IMG/VR virus record: IMGVR_UViG_3300012665_000478
Span: 1 to 35,589 of that record
DNA length: 35,589 bases
Strand: one strand, 5' to 3'
From: a virus
Taxonomy: Duplodnaviria > Caudoviricetes
Shown: in pieces, positions 26,977 to 33,445 of the stretch
How the letters are laid out: each line of letters opens with the position of its first letter
Numbering within the stretch: the stretch's first letter is position 1
Notes under the pieces: generated by a model
What the model saw: only the letters and a program-made list of their open reading frames with translations
Database searches by the model: none
Told to the model about the DNA's origin: nothing
Translations under genes and position numbers: made by a program

Positions 26977-27560
26977 TAAAACGCCCAAGTAACGAAACTA
27001 TTTCTAACACCGCTTTTTACTTTGTCAACACGATGAGGATACAAATATGTAGACGGAAATAATAAAATATCTCCTTTCTTCAACGGAATAATTGTGTCTT
27101 TGAACAGTACAAATTCCCCACCAGTGAATTCTTCGTTGAGTAATCCCACAACACTCACAGACGGAATACTAGTATTCCCTGGACCAAATAATTCTTGTAT
27201 ATGATCATGATGTGCTTCAACTAGTGTGTGTATTTTGCATCTGTTGAACCTAATAGGAGTACACGAAGTTACCGCAGTATTAGCATCATATCCTGGAAAA
27301 CTATTTGTTTCGTTGATATACTGATTGTATTGCTTCATTACCTTTTCTACATAAGGCATTATTTGTAAACTTTGCTCTCTAGTAGAGTCCATGAATTCAA
27401 ATTCCGTTGGAGGGAAATGCGTACCTGTAGGTCTCTTGAATGTGGGGTTATAGGTGTGCTTTTGCCATTCGTGATTTTGATTTACTTCGTTGAGAATCGC
27501 ATCACATACCTCGCCAGGTATGACATTATAAATTTTAACAAAGTCCATTAGTGTAGTCAT
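26976..27560 (-). CDS. Prolyl-4-hydroxylase-like Fe(II)/2OG oxygenase
   Basis: RFNR, AHHDHI, SVVGLLNEEFTGGEF, LLFPS.YLYPHRV.KV.SG.R.SFVTW; TAATG overlap. Confidence 0.85.
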   Translation of the reverse strand: MTTLMDFVKIYNVIPGEVCDAILNEVNQNHEWQKHTYNPTFKRPTGTHFPPTEFEFMDSTREQSLQIMPYVEKVMKQYNQYINETNSFPGYDANTAVTSCTPIRFNRCKIHTLVEAHHDHIQELFGPGNTSIPSVSVVGLLNEEFTGGEFVLFKDTIIPLKKGDILLFPSTYLYPHRVDKVKSGVRNSFVTWAF

Positions 27561-28147
27561 TACCAAGCCCAACTTACAAAACTATGACGTGTGCCCTTGG
27601 ACACTTTATCCACCCGATGCGGAAACATAAAAACAGATGGAAATATTAGAATGTCTCCTGCTTTTAATTTAATTTCATAATCTTTGAAAAATACAAAATT
27701 TCCGCCTTCATAATCGTCATTTAATAATCCAACTATGCTCAGAGTGGGGATACCTTTTCGTTCACCATCAAACAAACTGTGAATGTGATCGTGGTGCGCT
27801 TTCATTAATGTATGTGAATTGTAACGATTAAATCTCACAGGGCAAGCAATATGCAGTCCGCAGTTAGAAACAAAGCCGTCGAAACTATTGTTAGTTTTAA
27901 TATGTTCTTCATACTGCTTGAGTGCTTCTCCAAGATACGGATATAATAATTGATTTTGATCAGGAGTAGATTCTGCAACATCTAATTCAGTAGGCGGAAA
28001 AGATGGCCGTTCTTTAACAACACCGTAATTTTGCCAGAGATGTTTCTCCCATACATTATTAACTGTGATGTCTTTAATCGTAGATTCGCATACCTCGGCG
28101 GGTATACAGTTTTTTACTAAAATATAATCTTTAATATTTTCTAACAT
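27560..28147 (-). CDS. Prolyl-4-hydroxylase-like Fe(II)/2OG oxygenase (paralogue of 26976-27560)
   Basis: RFNRY, AHHDHI, LSIVGLLNDDYEGGNF, LIFPS.FMFPHRV.KV.KGTRHSFVSW. Confidence 0.88.
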   Translation of the reverse strand: MLENIKDYILVKNCIPAEVCESTIKDITVNNVWEKHLWQNYGVVKERPSFPPTELDVAESTPDQNQLLYPYLGEALKQYEEHIKTNNSFDGFVSNCGLHIACPVRFNRYNSHTLMKAHHDHIHSLFDGERKGIPTLSIVGLLNDDYEGGNFVFFKDYEIKLKAGDILIFPSVFMFPHRVDKVSKGTRHSFVSWAW

Positions 28148-28148
28148 A

Positions 28149-28637
28149 TTAGTAATCTATTCCTATGCTGATTCCGGCACGGGGAGTAAGTGGTACTACT
28201 TGGTGTATCATGAATCTGGGAATATAAATTAAGTCGTCGGCTGCTAATTCATATTCATAAATTTCTGTCTCTTGTTCAACAGTCCAGTGAGTGCGACCTT
28301 GGACTTGCCAAAAGAATACATCTGCGTTGTCGTTGTGACGACCAAATGTTGCAGAACTTTCTAATAAAGAAATATAACAATGCGCAGAACATTTAGCGTC
28401 TGTTATATTTTCTATTATCGAAATCATAGACAACACACTGGGAATATTTTGTGCGTGTAACAACACAAATCCCAGTGAGTCTAATGTCTTGAGTTTTTCT
28501 TTGCACTGAATAGTTCGATTTAGTTCTGCTAAAATATCAGACCACGTGGGCATAGTTTCGCCCACACTTCGAATAACACAGTGCTTGAGGTTATTTCTAG
28601 CCTCGACTAACTCACTGGTCCACTGCTGGTTCGTCAT
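28149..28637 (-). CDS. Minimal JmjC/cupin oxygenase (ribosomal-oxygenase-like core)
   Basis: AHCY.S, FGRHND..DVFFWQVQG..HW.V, L...DLIYIPR...H.V.P...R..ISIG. Start uncertain; ATG 28637 chosen. Confidence 0.75.
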   Translation of the reverse strand: MTNQQWTSELVEARNNLKHCVIRSVGETMPTWSDILAELNRTIQCKEKLKTLDSLGFVLLHAQNIPSVLSMISIIENITDAKCSAHCYISLLESSATFGRHNDNADVFFWQVQGRTHWTVEQETEIYEYELAADDLIYIPRFMIHQVVPLTPRAGISIGIDY

Positions 28638-28929
28638 CGTCTTCGACAATGGCCCAAATATCGCCTTCGGGCATGTTATAAAATACTTCGTCTGCAACTT
28701 TCATTTCACTGCCTGCATACGGGTGAAACAATACCTTGGTGCCTACAGTCAATGTGGTAGGAATAAAAACTCCTGTTTTTTCTGCATACTTGCCTGGACC
28801 CGCAGCCAAAATAACACCGCGAGTTGCACGTTCCTGCGCCGCATCGGGAATAACAATTCCACCTTTACTGACTTTTTCTGGTTCGTCACGTTTAACAATT
28901 AATCTATCATGTACTGGTTTAAGAAGCAT
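28612..28929 (-). CDS. groES: Co-chaperonin GroES (Cpn10)
   Basis: LKPVHDRLIVKR, mobile loop KVSKGGIVIPDAAQE, GVILAAGPG, VG.KVLF..YAGSE, E.DI.AIVE; AAAGGA RBS. Confidence 0.93.
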   Translation of the reverse strand: MLLKPVHDRLIVKRDEPEKVSKGGIVIPDAAQERATRGVILAAGPGKYAEKTGVFIPTTLTVGTKVLFHPYAGSEMKVADEVFYNMPEGDIWAIVEDDDEPAVDQ

Positions 28930-28949
28930 AATGTGTCCTTTCTGTGGAA

Positions 28950-28957
28950 TATTTATA
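28950..28957 (-). promoter_or_regulatory. T4-type late promoter TATAAATA heading the groES-oxygenase-halogenase operon
   Basis: Exact T4 late consensus on the minus strand, 20 nt upstream of the groES ATG. Confidence 0.75.
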
Positions 28958-28990
28958 GTGCCAGGATGGTGTTTTACTGCAAATCAGAGC

Positions 28991-28998
28991 ACTAAATA
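28991..28998 (+). promoter_or_regulatory. Late promoter-like box (ACTAAATA)
   Basis: TAAATA core 7 nt before ATG 29006; no RBS in between. Confidence 0.55.
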
Positions 28999-29005
28999 TT
29001 TCCAA

Positions 29006-29623
29006 ATGCAGAAACTTATATTTCCCACACGTATCGATATTCATGATTTATCCACAGATCCGGATTGGCCAAATCTTAAAGCACTGATATTACAATCGGA
29101 ACCAAACATACGACCACACGGGTTAGTCAGCGATGCTGGCAGTTCTTACGGTACACCACTAACACCAGTGTTAAGTCATTTTAGCGTGAGACGATTGCGA
29201 GCCAAAATTGAACACCTAGTAAAAGAAATGGCACTAGACATGCAGATGCCACCGGTACAAATAACCAACAGTTGGTTTAATATTATGGGCAAAGGACAAC
29301 GAGTCAAGCCACACAGACATGAAGTCAGTGTTATATCCGGCGCACTATATGTAGAGGCCCCGGAAGGTAGTGTTGGATTAAGTTTTCATAGTCCTACAGC
29401 ACCTTGCCGTATGGCAGAAATGCTGTTAGGATCTAACGATTTGAACGAAAACTTCCATACAGTAGAATGTAAAGAAGGACAACTAGTACTATTTCCCAGT
29501 TGGCTAGAACATTCCACTGACGATAATGCCAGCGAACGCAGAGTGGTTGTGAGTTTTAATACAGAGTATGGCCCACCGGATGTGGTCAGCAAAGTGTACA
29601 ATCAGTGGCGATTGTCAAATTAA
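29006..29623 (+). CDS. Putative Fe(II)/2OG oxygenase, HxH type (TIGR02466-like), divergently oriented
   Basis: MQKLIFPT.I, ITNSWFN, PHRHEVSVISGALYV, GQLVLFPSWLEHS, RVVVSFN. The upstream extension to 28736 overlaps groES and is rejected. Confidence 0.85.
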   Translation: MQKLIFPTRIDIHDLSTDPDWPNLKALILQSEPNIRPHGLVSDAGSSYGTPLTPVLSHFSVRRLRAKIEHLVKEMALDMQMPPVQITNSWFNIMGKGQRVKPHRHEVSVISGALYVEAPEGSVGLSFHSPTAPCRMAEMLLGSNDLNENFHTVECKEGQLVLFPSWLEHSTDDNASERRVVVSFNTEYGPPDVVSKVYNQWRLSN

Positions 29624-30049
29624 ATCAATAACATCGAATATAGTTTGAAGTTTTGTGCGAATAGTTTTGTTAGCGAAACTACTGCGCAATCCTTGATGTA
29701 GTGGCTTGGGCGCACCGTCTACAGTAGCCCACGCCCATCCACCGTGTTCTTTACTTAACGTAGGAATGAATTCAGCGTCTACTACACACAAGTATGTGTG
29801 GAAATTAAACACACTGTCGTTGCTGACAAATGTTTCTATGGGAATAGTTTTTAGAATGTTTGGGACAGCGCCAATTTCTTCTTGGATTTCTCGTTGAAGA
29901 CCTTGCCAGGCAGTTTCGCCTTCGTTGTTAGTACCGCCTACTAGTCCCCAAGTGTTGGCATGTTTGCCTTCTGCTTTTTGTAGCAGTAGAAAACGTTTGG
30001 TAGATTTGGCATAAAAAAGTGCACCGGAGCAGACAATCTGATCTTTCAT
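29615..30049 (-). CDS. Nudix hydrolase
   Basis: Nudix box GGTNNEGETAWQGLQREIQEEIG preceded by FLLLQK..WGL; SKEH..WAW, LH.G. Confidence 0.9.
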   Translation of the reverse strand: MKDQIVCSGALFYAKSTKRFLLLQKAEGKHANTWGLVGGTNNEGETAWQGLQREIQEEIGAVPNILKTIPIETFVSNDSVFNFHTYLCVVDAEFIPTLSKEHGGWAWATVDGAPKPLHQGLRSSFANKTIRTKLQTIFDVIDLI

Positions 30050-30062
30050 GCACTTACTTAGT

Positions 30063-31493
30063 TTAGAATATTAAACGCCAGTGACCTTTACGATATTCAC
30101 CCTCGAAGCTCTTGGTCCACTCGCCGTCTAAGAATTTATACTGAATGCCGGTTCTTAGATTGGTAATATACGCAGGAGTATCCGCTAATTCAGGATCTGC
30201 TGGATCTAACACAACTTCCCATCGATTGCCAGCCCACTCTATAATACTATTTGCTGATGCAATAAAGTCTGTGCCATCTCGGTTCTTCCAACCGTCTGGG
30301 CCATCTGCGTTGATTTCATCGCCGATACTTTCTAGAATAATATATCTTATAGGACCGTTAGTTACATCTGGCCAGTCTAGTGTGCCACCTGGCAATCTTG
30401 GACGAGGATTAAATCTAGTAGGATCTACAATAGCATCCACTGTGCCTCGCAGTACAGAATTATTAGCATTGGCAATCAGTGTGTTTGTGGGGAATGTGTC
30501 TTGGTCCCAGTTAACATGAAGAATAGTACTGTCGTCGGCATCTTCGCTGAGTGTGCCCACAATTTGATTTCCGCTGTCTTGTATTAAAAACACCTGACTA
30601 ACGCCTGTGCGGAACTTGCCAGGATACTGTTCGAATATAAAATTCCAACTGATGTCGGCGCCTATCTTAGTAAACACTGCATCTGCGGCGTCGTCTTCGA
30701 TGATGGGTTCTTGACCTTTTAACAAACTTAATTTGTTATTGTACACCAACAATCCGTAGCCTGAAATATTATTAAATTCCACAGCCGCCGGTTTATTAGA
30801 CACAAAATCTGGAGTCAAGTTACCAGTGGCATCGAATATGTTCATTAGCACATCTGTTACCACACCTAATTTCTTAACCTTAGTAGGCGCACTGATCCAA
30901 ATAGGTGTTTCGAATGTCAGTGATCCCACATCAATTTCAGTTTCATTGCCCATAGGAATACTGCGTGAGCTGAATGTAATGTCCGTTAACTCCACAACAC
31001 TTAAACTGGTCCAGTCTAAAAAGTTATCCGTAGTCTGAATTTCTAAACTAGGGTTAAACAACATTAAAATCTGCTCCATGATTTGCAGTTTCATGTCCGT
31101 GTTTGTGGTCCATATATCTGCTTTAAGAGTAAGTTTATATGGTGTTGGCATTAGTCGCTCAACTGTATAGTTGTTGCCTTGTTTGGCAGTATACTCTCCA
31201 GTAACTTCGTCATATTCTCTTTCGCGAATATGAACTTTGCTGACAAACGTACTGTCGCCTAATCGTGTTTTATCCATGGCCAAGCCTGTGACATAAACTG
31301 CTATGCGTGGCGCACTGGATAATTTATTTTCACTGTTGTCTTTGATAACTTGGCCAACTTGTCTGGTCATGTCTCCGTAGATTACAGGAACTGTAGTTTG
31401 TTTACCGTCACCGGCTTGGTATTTGAATCCGCTTAACATGCGGACTACCTGTCCGATATATCGCCTTATTTGGCCGTCATAAAACCATTGCAT
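30063..31493 (-). CDS. T4 gp15-like tail terminator / sheath stabiliser with C-terminal extension
   Basis: FYD.QIRRY, VPVIYG, PRIA, MPTPY.L..DIW, LQIMEQIL.LFNP; adjacent to a gp14-like gene as in T4-like genomes. Confidence 0.72.
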   Translation of the reverse strand: MQWFYDGQIRRYIGQVVRMLSGFKYQAGDGKQTTVPVIYGDMTRQVGQVIKDNSENKLSSAPRIAVYVTGLAMDKTRLGDSTFVSKVHIREREYDEVTGEYTAKQGNNYTVERLMPTPYKLTLKADIWTTNTDMKLQIMEQILMLFNPSLEIQTTDNFLDWTSLSVVELTDITFSSRSIPMGNETEIDVGSLTFETPIWISAPTKVKKLGVVTDVLMNIFDATGNLTPDFVSNKPAAVEFNNISGYGLLVYNNKLSLLKGQEPIIEDDAADAVFTKIGADISWNFIFEQYPGKFRTGVSQVFLIQDSGNQIVGTLSEDADDSTILHVNWDQDTFPTNTLIANANNSVLRGTVDAIVDPTRFNPRPRLPGGTLDWPDVTNGPIRYIILESIGDEINADGPDGWKNRDGTDFIASANSIIEWAGNRWEVVLDPADPELADTPAYITNLRTGIQYKFLDGEWTKSFEGEYRKGHWRLIF

Positions 31494-33100
31494 TAGTTGT
31501 CCGCCTGTGGTCTAAGAGCTTTACTCAAGCTCTGTCTTTGTGCTACTACTTTGTCATAGACACTATATCTAATTACACTGTTGTCTTGTACTGGGTGTCC
31601 AATAGTGACTCCTAGTGCGCCATTCTCATTAGAAGTTGTAATTTTTGTAGCCTTGCTTTGTTCGTCTAGCCATACTTCAACAAGATAGTTTTTATTATAC
31701 GCAACGTTAGTTAAAATAAACACAGACGTTGTGGTAACTTGTAAGTCTTGTGTGATACTGCCGCTTTCCCAAATAGGATCGCCCAGCAAGTCAATGTAGA
31801 TAGTATCCGCAGCCAGTTGATTGATACCTGACTTCGCCGTGTTGTTAACAAATCCTGTACGCTGTGTTTGACGTGTGTCGTCACTGTTGCTCATGGTCAT
31901 ACGCACATTGTCTTCTTGTTTAATCCATCTGCGGCCATCAAATCTAAACATTCGATTAGGCATAAAATCTGTTCTTAGGAATACATCTCCAGTACTGGCG
32001 CCGCTAGGGAATTGGATGCCGAATCCGAATTGTGCATTGACTTGTCCTTCTGGTATAGTGATGTCTGCGGTGTCTACTATAGGACCGTTAGGAGCGATAC
32101 CGTCGCCCAACAAATATCCACTGTAGCCGTCTCTTAACGGCAGAGGATTAGAGTCCACAGACGTGTCCACAGACACATTAGTATCTGATGTAACTAGTGT
32201 TAGGTCAACAGTGCCTGTGCTTTCGTCAACTTTAACTGTGTAAAAATGACTGGTGTCGTAGCCACTCTTTTTAGCATCTGCTTCGGCTTCTGCTATAACT
32301 GCATTATTAATAGCCAGTTCTTTTTCATAGGTACTCATTAAATCTCTAAGAGTATCTGTGGTACTGACAGTGTAGTAATCTGTCCACTCATCTGTTACTG
32401 TGGGTTCAATAGTAGTTTCCGTCAATCCTGGAATGTTGCCCACAATTTCTTGCGTGACTTCGTACAGTGTGCCCTTGTATTTTACAACTTGACCCGGGTA
32501 GTAGTTCATATTGGCGCTCCACTCTCCGGCATAATTGTCTGATTCTGTGGGGCGATCCAACAAGTCTTTGTATTCTTGACTGTCTACTATGCTCTTTAAT
32601 TTCACACGATACAAGTGCGGGTACCATGTGGCACTGAATCCTTCTGCGGCACGGTTAACTTCTTCCACTACATAAAAGCGTTTTAGAGCAGTGGCATAAT
32701 CATTCATGGCATGCTCGTCTTTTAAGTTGGGCAATTCAATCACATCACCTGCCATGATTTTACGACCTAACAAATCCACACTATTATTGATGTGAATTGT
32801 CATGAAAATTGTGTCGTTGCTCAAGAACAAACCAAATTGACTAAGATTAAAGTCAATGTCCGCTACCTGATAATGTCCGCGAAGTGTGTAGATATCGTCG
32901 CTGTAACGCCTGTCACGGTTTTCCAAGAATAATAAATCTTGAATCTGTGTATGATCTTTGACCACAGATCCGTCGTCGGTGCCTGTATACTTGTGTATAA
33001 AGACGTCTACACCGCCTACTTGAAACATCTCGTAGACTGTGCGGTCGAAGAACTTGTAATCTTGCGATTTCTCGGGTTTGTAAAGGCTTAATCTTGGCAT
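31493..33100 (-). CDS. T4 gp14-like neck / head-completion protein with insertions
   Basis: Start ATG 33100 (MPRLSLYKP); GGVDVFIHKY, DLLFLENRDR.Y, LSQFGLFL.ND..F, GDVIELP; TAATG coupling to the gp15-like gene. Confidence 0.68.
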   Translation of the reverse strand: MPRLSLYKPEKSQDYKFFDRTVYEMFQVGGVDVFIHKYTGTDDGSVVKDHTQIQDLLFLENRDRRYSDDIYTLRGHYQVADIDFNLSQFGLFLSNDTIFMTIHINNSVDLLGRKIMAGDVIELPNLKDEHAMNDYATALKRFYVVEEVNRAAEGFSATWYPHLYRVKLKSIVDSQEYKDLLDRPTESDNYAGEWSANMNYYPGQVVKYKGTLYEVTQEIVGNIPGLTETTIEPTVTDEWTDYYTVSTTDTLRDLMSTYEKELAINNAVIAEAEADAKKSGYDTSHFYTVKVDESTGTVDLTLVTSDTNVSVDTSVDSNPLPLRDGYSGYLLGDGIAPNGPIVDTADITIPEGQVNAQFGFGIQFPSGASTGDVFLRTDFMPNRMFRFDGRRWIKQEDNVRMTMSNSDDTRQTQRTGFVNNTAKSGINQLAADTIYIDLLGDPIWESGSITQDLQVTTTSVFILTNVAYNKNYLVEVWLDEQSKATKITTSNENGALGVTIGHPVQDNSVIRYSVYDKVVAQRQSLSKALRPQADN

Positions 33101-33107
33101 AGTAATA

Positions 33108-33128
33108 TATTTATCGCTACGATAAATA
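33108..33128. promoter_or_regulatory. Back-to-back divergent late promoters forming a perfect inverted repeat
   Basis: TATTTATCG-CTA-CGATAAATA: GATAAATA on the minus strand (33115-33108) and on the plus strand (33121-33128). Confidence 0.75.
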
Positions 33129-33155
33129 CTGATAGCGAGCTTATTGGGACAAAAC

Positions 33156-33434
33156 ATGGCCAAACAAATAATTAACATAGGTACTGCGCTAAACGCTAAA
33201 AACGGCGATACAGTGCGCGATGCCTTTAACAAAACAAATCAAAATTTCGACGAATTGTACATACTTGCAGGGCAAGGTTCTGCGGCAGAATTGCAGGAAT
33301 TAGCCCAAGATTATGCGGCACTGATGTTTACCAACGGTACTCACAGCGGTATCACAGCCACATACGAAGACGCAGATAATAAGTTGAATTTAACAATTTC
33401 AATTGACGGCGGTGATGCCGCAACCACATATTAA
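33156..33434 (+). CDS. Short protein with T4 gp9/gp10-like baseplate N-terminal motif (92 aa)
   Basis: MAKQIINIGT..N...GDTVRDAFNKTNQNFDELY; GGGA RBS; ends IDGGDAATTY. Confidence 0.72.
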   Translation: MAKQIINIGTALNAKNGDTVRDAFNKTNQNFDELYILAGQGSAAELQELAQDYAALMFTNGTHSGITATYEDADNKLNLTISIDGGDAATTY

Positions 33435-33445
33435 GAGGATTAACA

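Noticed and set aside
16562-28902. Plus-strand ORFs inside the enzyme operon
   Set aside because: Antisense to well-supported genes, with no family motifs.
28736-29005. 90-aa extension of the plus-strand oxygenase
   Set aside because: Overlaps groES antisense and spans both promoter boxes; ATG 29006 matches the paralogues' N-termini.
15905-29623. Cellular secondary-metabolite or RiPP gene cluster
   Set aside because: No NRPS/PKS, precursor peptide, transporter or regulator is evident, and the flanks and promoters are phage late-type.
33108-33128. Hairpin as an intrinsic terminator
   Set aside because: AT-rich stem, no U-tract, and located between divergent gene starts.
33101-33232. Signal-peptide-like hydrophobic extension of the gp14-like ORF
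   Set aside because: It is the antisense of the gp9/gp10-like gene and crosses the promoter hairpin; the real start is 33100.
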